DNA of 64,000 nucleotides, from the NCBI GenBank assembly GCA_028534125.1, contig CM052818.1:43030001-43094000 (forward strand), written 5' to 3'. This DNA is from Lama glama (taxonomy: Eukaryota). The notes under the pieces are model-generated. The model did no database searches, had not been told where the DNA came from, and worked only from the letters and a program-made list of their open reading frames with translations. Made by a program: the position numbers and the translations under genes. Each line of letters opens with the position of its first letter. The stretch's first letter is position 1. Below are positions 36,618 through 49,599 of the stretch, one piece after another.

Positions 36618-37189
36618 ATCTGATGTTTTTATTGTTGTTTACCTTCTTAATATGTTGTAATAACTGAAATATTTGCCCAGGGAAGACATATGTGTCAGAA
36701 AACTAAAGTGCCTGTGGTGAGAACACTTTAGTTTTCTGAGGAGCAGCTGAAATAAATGAAGATGCATAGAGAAGAAAGTAATTCTGAACAAAGGCAAGCT
36801 GCCACCAAAGACTATATTTCAATACACTCTTACTGAAGAGGGATTAGATTTTTTTTTTCTGTGTAGCTTCAGGAAAAAAATTGAAACAAATGAGTAGAAG
36901 TAATGACTCTTCAGAGACGTGGAATAACCAACCAACTGGCAAGATACAGTGGTACAAAGCCCACAGGTAATTCTTGTTTCCTCACCACGTAGGCGTCCTT
37001 CAAGACAGCAAGACAGCGGACATTTCCCTGCGGAAGCCTAGCGCCCTCCCACTCACATCCACGCATACATCTACTACACGGGCATCGCTTTCTCTTTTTC
37101 TCTCCATAATTGTGTCTTTTTCTACATTTACTGAGCGATTATAATGTCTAGGAAGACAACAAGGTCAGATGTAGAAAGTACTTACATGG

Positions 37190-37790
37190 TAGTGCAATAA
37201 AAATGAACTACTAATGAAATACCGTTTACACCCATCGAAATGGAAATAGTTATAGGAAATATGATATTTATTTTTGTTCTGGGTGTAAAGAAAATAGTGC
37301 CCCAACTCCTGCTGGTGTAAATGCATATTGTTACATCTTTGATTATTAAACAATCTTAAAGAGACTTTTGGAAACTAAAATGCACATACTCTTTGATCCA
37401 GCAATATTGTGTTCCTTGAAAGGTGTCTTCTAGAAACCAGAGGGTCAGTAAGTAAAGATCTATGTACAAGGGACTTTCTTGCATTATTCATGTCGAAACA
37501 TATATGAAAAAATGCCCATCAGTGAGGAATTGGTTGTGCAAATTGTGGTGCCTTAACACTGTTAAATAAAGCCATTAGAAAGACAGGATTAGAATGACAT
37601 CTGTTTACTGGGAGGGATGTTTACTAGATACTGAGAAAAGCAAGAGGAAGGAAAATGTGTATAACAGGCGTTTCTGTATTTGTCTATCTGCATGTTTGTA
37701 CATATAGGAATACAGTATATACATATGGAGACAAAAATGGAAGATGTAGATATTAACAGGTTTTACCCAAAAGGGCTCTGATATGAGTCA
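37190..37790 (+). mobile_element. Old L1 (L1ME) ORF2-end/3' UTR fragment
   Basis: AATGAAATACCGTTTACACCCATC...GCTGGTGTAAATG...AAATGCACATACTCTTTGATCCAGCAAT...TATGTACAAGG. Confidence 0.75.
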
Positions 37791-39193
37791 AGAGAGGAAG
37801 ACAAGAGGAAGGAAGTAGACAAAAAGTGAAAAAGTGAAAAAAAAAAAAAAGCAAGCCTGCATTAAGTAAACATTGCGTATGATGTGGTCCCGTATTTGTA
37901 TACTGTGTGAAACACACATGTGTAAAAAATGTACAAAACTTTTTTCTGAGTGATGGGGGAGTACTACAGGCATAGTTTATTAGCCTAATTCTAAAATCTA
38001 AATGACAAATGATACTTCGAGGAAAAAGTCAGCAAGTAACAGAGCCAGATTCAATTCAATGGTGTATCTGCTTGTTTCTTTATTTTTTTTTTACACCCGT
38101 TCTCATTCCAGCTCTGATTTAATGCAACTTACAATGAAAAATAGAGCATAATCTGAAAAATAGCTGAGGAAATTACAGGATGGGGAATTTAGATGCATTT
38201 TTAAACAATTTTTTTTTATAAGCAAGAACAAAATCCTCACTTTGGGTATCTGACGGGGCCCTCGTGACTGAAGGGTTTACGCGTCCAAGCAGAACGTCAC
38301 CAACATTCTTATTGAGTTGGGTCTCTTGATGAATTGACCTCATTTATCTCTCTGACAGAGCAAAGTGATTTCTCGCTCTTGGACAAACATTAAGGCATCG
38401 TTGGGTATTGTCAACCTCAATAAGTCAATGGTAATTTCAGGGGGAAAATTATTTATTTTAACTGAATCCCAGCATAGGATTTACAGAGAAAGGTCTACGG
38501 GATAAAAGCCTTAATTGCCTCAACCTTTCCATCTTCAGTTTTGTTTCATTTAACACTTCAGTGACGCTCCCAGGGGTAACCGGCCACCTTGGACGTATCT
38601 AACTCCTTTTAGGTCATTTACAGTTTTCACTAAACACCACAAATTGAGTTCCATATGGATCAGGATGTATTATTTCTGAAACCATAGATATGGGTCTGAC
38701 ACTTCACTTACCCCTGAATCTATTAAGTGATCATTGTTTCCCCAGAGCTAATAAACATGAAGATAGCTTTTAAGTGTCTCTAGCTGCACTGATACGTCTT
38801 TTCGCTTAAAAAATTCAGACAGAAATGAATGATCTCCCGCGGCAGTGAGAGTGTGTACCTTCACCTCGCAATTCCATCCACTTTCCAATGATTGTATCAG
38901 GCCTGCAGGCTCTCCCTGAGCAAAGGACCTGACTGGCTTTCACTGTAAACCCTTCCTGCAGCAGTTCATCACTCAGCTGCAAAAATCCTCTCAAAGTGAA
39001 ACTTGTCCTGTAGTCTTCCAGGAGCAGACGTAGATTTAAAAGGCACAGTTCCTCAGATTTGCATAAAGGACATTTAACTAAAAGAAAAAAATGTGTATCT
39101 TTTCAGTTGGAGGCCAGTAATGTGTCCCCAGTTGAGGAAAATATGTCAAATATTGATTAAAGTCCAAAATGTTGGTTTGGCTTATAACTTTAA

Positions 39194-39285
39194 TCCTTCC
39201 TTCCTTCCTTTCTACTTTCCTCCCTCCCTCCCTCCCTTCCTTCCTCTTTTCCTTTCTTCCTTCCTCACTCCCCTTCTTTCTTCAC
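39194..39285. repeat. Degenerate (CCTT)n polypyrimidine tract
   Basis: Direct reading; adjoins an L2 tail fragment. Confidence 0.85.
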
Positions 39286-39335
39286 TTCTGACATTTAACA
39301 AGCATTTGTTGAGTTCCTAGGAAGTGCCAGGTACT

Positions 39336-39828
39336 AAGCTAGTTTTCCATTACTGCTGTCACAGATTGCCACAAATTCAGTGGCTTAAAATAACAAACAT
39401 TTTTTTTTCCCTTTCACAGTTATAGAATTCAGGAATCCACACTGAGCCTTAAACAGCTAAGTCGAGGGGTCAGCAGGGCAGTGCTCCCTTGGGTGGCTCC
39501 CGGGGAGAAATGGTTCCCTGTTGTCCCTTCCAGCTTCTGACTGATGATTGCTGACATTCCTGGGCTTGTGACCATGTCACTCCAGTCTCCACTCCTGTTG
39601 TCACATTGCTTTCTCCTCCTCTGTGTCAATTTTCCCTTTGCCTCTCTCTTATAAGGACATTTGGGATTGTGTTTAGGGCCCACTGTAATAATTCAGAATA
39701 ATCTCTCAATCTTAAGATCCTTAATTGAATTGCATCCACAAAGTCCCTTTTGCCATAGAAGGTGATTTTCGTAGGTTTCAGGAATTAGGAGCTGATTATG
39801 TTTGAGGGCCAACGTTCAGCCTACTGTA
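39336..39828 (-). mobile_element. MaLR LTR (MLT1B/C-like)
   Basis: TAGTTTTCCATTACTGCTG...CAGTGGCTTAAAATAACAAAC...CTCTTATAAGGACATTTG...TTCAGCCTAC. Confidence 0.9.
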
Positions 39829-40097
39829 CTGGAAATACATAAAATACAAAACACACCCCTGCCCTCAGAAAAGCCCACGTGAGAACCATGTAAACAGATT
39901 ACCAAAACCTCAGAAAGCATAATGTTCACTACAGACGCTGGCTGGGAGCATAGTTCTTTCCTGCTAGAAAATGGTAGGAAACTAAGGGCTTCCCAGCTAT
40001 TAAATTCAATATCATTCTGAATAAGGATCAATGCCTACTTGAGCATATGAATCAAAAATTAAAACTCACTACAAATAGAGACGTCCTTTCATGCCTG

Positions 40098-40606
40098 TGT
40101 GGCGGGCTGAACAATGAACTCTAGAATTATCCAGGTCCTAATCTGTGTGTGTTACTTCTTACGGTACCGGGGACTTTGCAGCTGTGATTGAACAAAGGAT
40201 TTTGAAGTGGGGAAATTATCCTGGATTATCTGAATGGACCCTGTAAGTAAAAATCACAAGTGTCCTTATAAGAGGGAGGCAGAGGGAGATGTGAAAATAG
40301 ATGAGAAGAAGGCGAAGTGACGACAGAAAGATGTGAAGATGCTAAGCTGCTAGCTCTGAAGATGCAGGGGACGGGGTCGTGAACCGAGGAATGCTGGGAG
40401 CGCAGCTCTGGAAGCTGGACAGGGCAAGGACGGGGCTTCTCTCCTGGAGCCTTGGAGGGAGTCTAGCCTTGTGCACACCTTTACTTCAGCCCAGGGAAAC
40501 TGATTTTGATCTCCTGACATCCAGAACGGAAAGTGAATAAATGTCTGTTGTTTTCAGATGTCAAATTTTTGTTCATTTATTAAAGCAGCCACAGGAAATC
40601 AATGTA
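40098..40606 (+). mobile_element. MaLR LTR (MLT1D-like)
   Basis: TGTGGCGGGCTGAA...GGGACTTTGCAGCTGTGATT...ATTATCCTGGATTATC...CTTATAAGAGGGAGGCAGAGGGAGA...AATAAAT...GCAGCCACAGGAAA. Confidence 0.9.
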
Positions 40607-40949
40607 ATGTTCATAGGCTCTGAGTTTTTCCACCACTGGATGTAACAGAAAGAGCACTGGCCTGAGAGCATGGAGACAGAATCCCAGAGCGGCCACTGAC
40701 GCGCCGACTAGGGACCATAGGCAACTGCCTTCTTCTTCTGAAGCCCAGGTCTCCTGCCCACACTGCGACTCGCGAATTCCCTTTATGTTCTAACATTATC
40801 TAAAAACAATCTATGTTTAACCTCCTATACATTACAAATATCCAGTCAGGAAATATCAATGGAGGACAATAACATTGATACGATGAATTCAATTATGGAC
40901 TAGAAATAGGACATGAGACAATCTGTTTCAAAGCAGAGCAGAGCTTTTC

Positions 40950-41340
40950 ATTATTGTCCTTTTTCTGGATCATAATTCAATTCAGGAACCCCTATTGCAT
41001 TCAGTTTTCGTATATCATTAGTCTTTTTTAATCCAGAAAATTTCCTCCGTATTTCTTTCTTTCTTTTTTTTTTTTTTAATCACATGGCGCTTTTGAATAG
41101 TACCTCCCAGTTGTTCAGTGCTGTATGCCTCAGACTGGGTTGGTCTGATGATTCCTCACAATTGCACTTAGGCTATGCATTTTTTGGCAAGAATTCCACA
41201 GAAGCAATGTTGTGTCCTCAGCGCATCCTATCAGGATGCACACGTCAGTATACTACGTTGAGGGAATTTGGGTGAATGGTTTATGGTTAATGGGAATTCT
41301 TCATATTATTTTGCAATTTTATACGAGTTTAAATGAAAAA
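40950..41340. mobile_element. L1MC-type fragments
   Basis: ATTGCATTCAGTT...TTTGAATAGTAC...TGGGTTGGTCTGATGATTCCTCA...TTTTTGGCAAGAATTCCACAGAAG. Confidence 0.65.
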
Positions 41341-41504
41341 ATAATCCCTACTCTTAAGCACTAGGCTATCAGTTAGTGAACTGATACAACTTTAAATGTC
41401 TAGTGTATTATGTAAAACGTTGAAAGGGTTAATACCCTTCTAAAACAGCCCACCTATCAGCTTTGTAAAATTTTGGATATAGAAACAGTGGAGATGTTTC
41501 AGGA

Positions 41505-42005
41505 GCACAGCGTGATGGGCAAGAGCCAGGGTCCCATCAGACCAGTCCTGCTGATTTGATCTCTGCTGTTGAGTGGTTCTGTGATCCCGGGTAATACATA
41601 ATAATAATGACAGTTAGTCAGTTTATTGAGAATGACTACCCTCTAGGTGTTGTTTTAAGAGATGTATATTATTCTATTTAATCCTTGCAACACCATATGA
41701 ATTTTACATTACTATTATTCCCATTTTGTGGGTGAGATAACTGTAGCCCAGAGAGGTTAACTCACTTCCTCAATATCCAACAGCTAGGAAGTATTAAAGC
41801 CAAGTACAAACTCATTCTGCATCCAGGTTCTATGCTCGTTGCCACTATATTATACTTCTTCCCTAAAATTGCTAACCACAGTTTTCCTATCTGGAAAATG
41901 GGGATGATAATCACACCTGTGCTGTTGTTATCTGTGATTTCATAAAAGGAGGCATTTGAACTTATGTCGCATGTTGGGCATATATACATGTTAGTTTTAT
42001 TATCC
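41505..42005. mobile_element. Nested MIRs (about 41600-41850 in opposite orientation within another MIR)
   Basis: Inner: TTTAATCCTTGCAACACC...CCCATTTTG...CCCAGAGAGGTTAA. Outer halves: CTGTGATCCCGGGTAA before it and CAGTTTTCCTATCTGGAAAATGGGGATGATAAT after it. Confidence 0.7.
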
Positions 42006-43459
42006 CATACTAATTATTATACCTTGACTTTATTGGTGGGGGGAAAAAAAAGAGACTCAGAGAATTTAATTGCCCAAACTAACATCATGAAGAAATACAG
42101 ATTAAGACCTTAAACCACTGACTTATCCATGTTTCTTTCCACTGTACACGACCTCTCCTGGAAAGTGATTATTATGCTAAAAATCAGGGAGCAGTTCCTA
42201 TCATAATTATGTAGTATATCCACTGGTATAAATTAAAGACGTAATTTCCTGGTAAACTCATTGGAGCTCACTCAGCAGCCACTTCACAGGAGGCGAGAGA
42301 AGCTCTTTGGTTCCAGGGGCAAATACTGAGCCCTCATTGGCAGTCTCCCTGCTGGAAGAGAAGTGTGTCTTGTCCATCAGTCACCAACCTCCCCGCTCTC
42401 CAGGGAGCTCTGATTCGGCACCTCCTCTTCAGGAAGTGGCAAGAGTCAATGCTCCACATTCCGGTGAGAGACTACTTATGGCCCCAGATCTAGAAGGAAT
42501 CAGTGGCCTTACACAAGCCACTTCCATTCCCTGGGCTTCAGTTGCCTTAATGACAAAATGAGGAAGTTGGGAGAAATTTTTAGAGAAATTCTAATATCCC
42601 TCGCAGCTTAATCATTTTAGATATTCTGAAATGCTTGATTATTAATTTTCCCATTAGTTTGCCTTTGTAGTGAAGGCATTTTAGATATCAATCAACTAAT
42701 AATTAATCTCGTCCTTGGGATGGTGTTAAATATTCATGGATTTCATAAATTAGATAGAGTTTGGAACTGAGAGTCTGGGGTTTTTAAACATGCTTTCCTT
42801 GCATTCACTTGTCACTTGGCTGATTTCTTATTGCATTGTGCACACTCTGGTTTTATCTATCTGCTTGTTAAAAGACCCACGACATCTGCAGTCTCAGATG
42901 ACCTTGTGTTAACCTTGTACACCAGAAAACAAAGGTATGTCCATAGAAACTCTCTGTACTTTTAACATATTTAACTTTCTCCAATATTATCAAAGGGCAC
43001 AAGAGATTCACATCAGTGTTCAGTAAAGCACTATTTTTTAAAAAGTTTTGATTGTTTTTATATGCGAAGGTATTCTGAAAACCTCAGAAAGAATGCATTC
43101 GCTGTGAACTTCCATCATATGCCACACATTTTAACAAGGAGAGAATAAAGCCAGCATAGAACTGAGTAATGAGCCTATGTGGCTTGTTCTTGTTCCAGCG
43201 AATATGTTTCCAGTCTTATTAGCTTGAAACCAAGGTCAAAGTAATGCTACCAAGATCCCAAATAAACTGAACTGTATATGGCATTTTAATGCAATCGCTC
43301 TATTGTCATATATTCTTCAACAAATTAGCTTGGTAAATAGTCCAAACAACTCCTCTTCAGTATGTGTTTAAACTTGAGTTTTATTCTAAGAAATTTGCTT
43401 GCTGAAAAGTTGAACTGAGATAAATTTCCTTCTGTACATTAAACTTCTCGCTTTTTAAA

Positions 43460-44806
43460 AATGTTTTAATTTAAGTATTGTTCCGGTACAATATTATGTT
43501 AGTTGCAGGTGCCTAACATAGTAATTCAGTGTTTACATACATTATGAATTGATCACCATGGTAAGTCTAACAACCATCTGTCACCTTACAAAGTCACTGC
43601 AATACTATTAACTATACTCCCTAATCTATACTTTACACCCCTGTGACATATTTATTTTGTAACTGGAACCTGATACCTCTTAATACTCTTCACCTATTTT
43701 GCTCACCCCCACATCCTATGCTTCTCTGATAACAACCAGCTTTTTATCTGTAACTATGGGTCTTTTCCTGTTTTGTTTGTTCACTGTTTTGTTTTTTTTA
43801 GATTCTACACACACGTGAAATCCTATTGTATTTGCCTTTCTCTGTCTGCCCTATTGCATTTAGCTTAATATCTTCTAAATACTCTACATACACATCACAA
43901 ATGGCAAGACTGTGTTCTTTTTATGGCTGAGTAATATTTCGTTGCATGTATACCACTTCTTTAATCATTCATCTACTTAGGTTGCTTCCATATCTTGGCT
44001 TCTGTACATAATGCTGAAATGAATGCAGGGGCACAAATATCTTTTCAGATTCCTGTTTCTGTTTGTTCCAGATAGATACCCAAAAGTGGAATTGCTGGAT
44101 TGTATGGGATTCCCATTTGTCAGTTTTTGAGGACCCTCCACATGGTTTTCCACAGTGGCTGCACCAATTTAAATTCCCACCAGCAGTGCACCAGTGTTCC
44201 CATTTCTCCACATCTTGGCCAACACCTGTTATTTCTTGACTTTTTGATAATAGCCATTCTGAAAGGCATGAGGTGATATCTCATTGTGGTTTTGGTTTGC
44301 ATTTCCCTGATGATGAGTGATGTTGAGCATCCTTTCATGTGCCTGTTGGCCATCTGTATGTCTTCTTTGGAAAAACGTCTATCCAGGCCCTCTGCCCATT
44401 TTTTAATTGAGTTGTTTGTTTTTTGATGTTGGGTTGTATGAGTTCTTTGCCTATTTTGTAAATTAACCCCTTATTGCGTATATCATTTGCACATATCTTC
44501 TCCCATTCGGTAGGTGGCCTTTTCACATTGTTAATAGTTTCCTTCACTGTGCAAAAGCTTTTTAGTTTGATGTCGCCCCATTTGTTTATTTTGCTTTTGT
44601 TTTCCTTGCCTGAGGAGGCAGATTCAAAAAAAAAAATTGCTAAGATAATGTTAAAGAGTATACTGCTTATGTTTTCTTCTATAAGTTTTATGGTTTCAGG
44701 TCTTACATTTAAGTATTTAGTCTGTTTTGAGTTTATTTTTGTATATGATATGAGAAAATAGTCCAATTTGATTCTTTTGCATAAAGCTGTCTGTTTTTCC
44801 CAACAT
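43460..44806 (-). mobile_element. 5'-truncated L1 (L1MA9-lineage-like): decayed ORF2 C-terminus plus 3' UTR
   Basis: Minus-strand ORF-track peptides match L1 ORF2 (YTKINSK...[40 protein letters not shown]...[13 protein letters not shown]) but are split across frames. Confidence 0.95.
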
Positions 44807-44819
44807 GGGAATTTGCACA

Positions 44820-45070
44820 ATAGGATATTTTGAGAGAGAGCAATAGAACAAATTCGCATAACTTTTATTACAGTATATTTTATAATTGTTCTATCTTATT
44901 ATTCATTATTGTTATTAATATCTTACTGTGCCTAATGTATAAATTAAATTATCATAGATATGTATGTAGAGGAAAAAACAACATATACAGCTTTTGGTAC
45001 TGTCCACGGTTTTAGCCATCCACTAGGGGTCTTGGAACAGGTTCTCTGAAGATGGGTGGGGGACTACATA
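44820..45070. mobile_element. MER44/Tigger7-like DNA transposon end
   Basis: GATATTTTGAGAGAGAG...CATAACTTTTATTACAGTATA...CTTACTGTGCCTAAT...CATCCACTAGGGGTCTTGGAAC...GGGGACTAC. Confidence 0.8.
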
Positions 45071-48000
45071 CTTCAGTTTTATTAAAACATAGAAGATCTA
45101 GAGAGAAATTCTAGTGGGGGAAAAGTTAAATATGTACACGATGGGGGGTAGTACTCAGGAACCAAGTGGTTAGGAAAGAATAAACTCTAACTCCAAATTT
45201 TATTCTCACCTCCTGATATTGTGCTTGGCATTATCCAATCAGAAATATTTATTTGGCAGGAAAAGGGGGCAGCACGCATAGAACCAGGGAGGACGGCCAT
45301 GATGTACAATTTGGGCTAGCTCGATTTTTCCCCTAGAGCAAACTTAAACCACAGGAAGGCAGGAATGTCCTTTGAATACTCTCGTAGGTAGAAATGGTAT
45401 AAAAATGAAAAGAGCAAATTCTGGAATGGTGATTACTTGCAAACCAATGTCAGTGGAATCTCTTGGAGTGTGGAGTTTTTGTTTTCGAAGGATGTCCAAT
45501 GAAAGGAAAAGTCGGAATGCAATTTCAAGAGGAGAATAGGTTTTGTGAACTCTGTCATCACTTCATTTTGCCTCTATGCAAAGAAAACTGTATCTTATGT
45601 TCCAAGTCACAGTACATTTGTCCTCAGATAGTTTCACACCATAGTCACCACCACCAATTTTCTGTCAAAATGTTTACATTATCTGTGGGTCTATTTGAGA
45701 AACTGACAAAAATTGTTAGGTTGACAGAAAGAAATTTCAGCGAGTTTACTATATACCATGGCTTCCTTACCAAATTCAAATACTGCTTGCAAGTTGCATG
45801 ATGTTGCAAATTATGTCAGTCACATAATTTGGAAGATCCGTTTGAGAGTGTCGAATTTAATTGTTTTGTTCCTCAAATATTTGCAGAGGTTGACTTTGGA
45901 GAAGGCTCTGATTGGAGATTTCATTAAACTGGGGAAGTTCCCAGGTAAGACAGAATGCTATTGTTTCTCTCTCTGTTTTTCTGACTTCTGTAGGAGAGCC
46001 ATCCATGTTTATGATGATTTTCCTATGGGCAGTGATTTATTTCAGGCTAACTTGTGTTGGAAATGTTTTTCATGATTGAAATGGGTACTTTTTAAACTTA
46101 GGCTACGGTAGATGGATGTATAAATATGAAACAGAATCTAAGCCAAGACTGGCTTGTTTGGTTTTTAATCTTTTTCCTTCTACAGTTTATTATTATTTTT
46201 TTTAATAAAAATGTGGTAGTTCTCAAGAACTCCAGTTTGGATAAATCACATTTCTTGGTTACAAAACCCAGTGTTTAATGTTGACAATGACAAGAAATGT
46301 TGAATTTACTCAAAGGAGTTGTTTATTTGAGTATCTATTTAATCCTGACTATGCTTGTGTGCTAGTCACATGCTAATTGTTATAACCCTGGACATAGATC
46401 TTTTTTTAATCAATTCAAGGAGAGACTTCTCCATTTGAAAAATTATGGGACAACCAGAAATAATTAAAAGCACCCTTCATGTTTATGTATGAGATCAATA
46501 TGTGTTCTATTTTGTGTAGAATAACTTTAACTGGTTTTGCAATCATGATGGCATTTTTTATAAAAGGAACTATGTGATGTTATTTGGCTAATCTAAAAGC
46601 AAAATTACGTAAAGTGGGATATCTTTGTTCATTAAAAAAGTATTAAGTGAGACTAGGCTTGTACTGTATAACAGTAACAGCACTAATTTAAGCAGAGATT
46701 TATAAGACAAATCGGTACATAGGTAAGAATCAACAGAAATGTAGTTCCAGTTTAAAATTTTTATTCCTCTTTTCTAGATTAATAAACAGTGAATAGCGCA
46801 GCGTTTTTTGCCTGGATTTAGTCTGGGTCTTCTACTTTTGTCATGTTGTGTGGATTATCCTATATTCTGGTTCACATTCCTTATTGTATTGTCCCGTTCT
46901 GGTGAACGCCAGATGACTGGTAGTACAAAACTAATAGCTGAGATTCCTCTTAATCTTTGATTGCTTAGGGCTCAGTAATTAGCATATGGTGAAGTTCTGT
47001 CTCCGACGCATTTCTGCTGCCCTGGGTCTCTTTGATTCAGTTCTGAATTTCTGGTGTCCTAAGTCTTGATATAAATCTCTTCCAATACATTCAAATGACT
47101 AAAGGTTCTCAGAGGCTGTTTGGAGGTTAGAATTTAACATTCCCATGGGACTGAAGGCAGAAAAAGACTTATCTTCTGGTTGAATCCTCCGTTTATGACC
47201 TTTCTTTGTCTTTCAAAGCCTCTTTCCTCTCTGCTTGCTGCCTCACCTGTCATCCCCTGAGCTGTGGAAGGCTGCCTGGGAGGAGAGGGCTGGGTTTGCC
47301 AGCTTTGGCAAGTGAGAACACCTGGGGGGCGGGGGGGGGCAGCGATTGGTTTGTTTTGTGGCATGTCTGAGCGCTCCATTAGCCATCCAGCTGGAGATGC
47401 TGAGTAAAAATGAGGTATCTGAATCTGGAGATTGGGGAAAGTTTCTTGTTAAATTGCAAGTCACTGGAATATAGATATTTGAAGATTAAAGCCACAAAGC
47501 TGGATTAGAGCCCCAAGAGAACTGAGTGCACATAAGAGAACCAAACATTAACTCTAGGGAACAACCTAGAAGGTTCTGAATATGTGTCACTAAGTTAGTT
47601 CATTATGTATTATACACCTATAAAAGTCTGTGCATTCACATTGGCCTAAACCTTATTTTCAATTCTTTCCTCCTGTGGGAAAATAGAGGATCAGCTTTAT
47701 TTGGATTTGCCTTCCGTATTGAGACATGTGGTAATGCTTCCCTTATCAGAGTGTTCTGTGGAGGGGGTGGGACCCTGCAGTTAGCTTCGCAACCTGAACC
47801 TGTGTGATAATGGGCTGGTTTATGGCAGGTTTCTATTGTGTGCCTGGTGCTTATTCATATTCTATAGGAAAGGGAAGGCTGGCTCTACTAACGGGGACTT
47901 TAAGTTATTTTTCTGTTTTCGAAGCACCAAAATCATTTTTCTTGTATTATTCATTCAGTAGCTTTTTCTCCTTCTGAAGGGAAATGTCTTGGCGAGTGTG

Positions 48001-48197
48001 AATGTGCTTCCATTTTCTTTCTCGTTAATTCTTTTCACATGATAAATTGCAGGGACCTGTACTGAAATCCCTTGAAATTGAAAAGTCAGCCCACATGAAT
48101 GCTTAGGAGCAAAGGTTTTAAACATAATAAGTCTATAGACATTCAGCCGAGACAATTTTCAGAAAAAGTTGCAGGAGATTGCTACCTTTGATGCGTA

Positions 48198-48249
48198 CAT
48201 ATAGGTTCATTTGCATACTTCTCATATAGGTTCATTTACATACTTCTCA
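48198..48249. repeat. Tandem duplication of a 25-bp unit
   Basis: CATATAGGTTCATTTGCATACTTCT followed by CATATAGGTTCATTTACATACTTCT (1 mismatch). Confidence 0.95.
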
Positions 48250-48829
48250 ATACATCTTGCTTAGGTGGTCAACCTGGGGTATCCAAAATGATTGCAAAAC
48301 CTCCCAGGATTACTTAAAATATTTGATATTTTTTTGAAGATAAGGTCATTCACAAGGTAATCCTTTCTTTAAAATGCAGTAAATGAAAACAAAGACACAT
48401 TTTTAAATGTCTCCTTCTTTCCAGTTATACAAAAATGAACCATGTCTATTTCCAGCCTGGCCTGCATGCCCCCTGTGTGTGCCTGGTCATGACGGAGGGT
48501 CTTATGCCATTATTTTTTTCATTTAAAAATGAATATATGTGCAGAAAACATTTTAAAGCACTCTCAAACTATTTTAGCATTTCAGAAACCTAACCAGAAA
48601 CCTTTCATTAATTCAAAATAAATTTTCAGGGGATAATTTAAAATACTAAAATTATTTGACTTCTCAGTTATCAGGAATCCAAGTAATAAATCTACATGTG
48701 TGCATGTGCATATTAAAAATCAAAACCAAAACAAAATAACAGAACTAAATGTATGTTGGGAAAAAGAATATTTACATAATTCCAAATAATTGAGTCCTGA
48801 TTTATTAATTATGAAGAGAAAGAGGTTTT

Positions 48830-49490
48830 TTTTTTTAACAAAGGAGAGATCAAGTAGATACTATATTAACTGAATATTGAAACTTCATATTACTAATAAT
48901 GGGCAAACTGGCACCGTATTACTTCTGAAGAAACACTCTAGGATGCATATATTACCTGGGAAGTGTCCTTGCTGAAACGGTTTAAAATCTATGTGTAATG
49001 AAACACCAGACAAGTCCACATGTGGGCACAACACATGTGACCTATCTCTTTAAAAGAATGTCAATGATGTGGGAAAAAAGAGGAGGGGTATTCTAGATTA
49101 AAAGAAACACCAAAAAAGTAATTTATAATCATTTATTAGACTCTAGATAGAAATATTTGAATATAAATTGTCCATTAATATCATTGTATCAATGTTTGAT
49201 TTCTTGGTTGTGATTATATTATTATGGTTACATAAGAAAATGACTTTGTTCCTTAGAGGTATATTTAGAGGTAAAATGGAATGATGTCTGCAACCAACTT
49301 TCACAAATTTATAAATGCATATGAGCCCCCAAATAGGTAGAGAGGGATAGATGAAGAATGTGGGGCAAAATGTTAGCAGTTGGTGAATATGACCGTATTG
49401 GCGAAGGACACACAAGTCTTCACTATACAACCCTTTCATGTTTATTGTAAGTTTGAGATCATTCAAAACAAGTTGGGAAAATAAACTATA
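48830..49490 (+). mobile_element. L1MC-type 3' fragment
   Basis: TTCTAGATTAAAAGA...TATTTAGAGGTAAA...ATGATGTCTGCAAC...GGCAAAATGTTAGCA...TGTAAGTTTGA. Confidence 0.7.
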
Positions 49491-49599
49491 TAATCTTGAA
49501 AGGAAAATAAAGAGAATTAATACACCTCTCAACATAAATGGGTCCAATGAAAGGGAATCATTGTTAACAGATACAGTAATGATGTTTGTAATAGGGCTT

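Noticed and set aside
43969..44859. Functional reverse transcriptase or active L1
   Set aside because: 5'-truncated and frameshifted; only the ORF2 C-terminal part is present.
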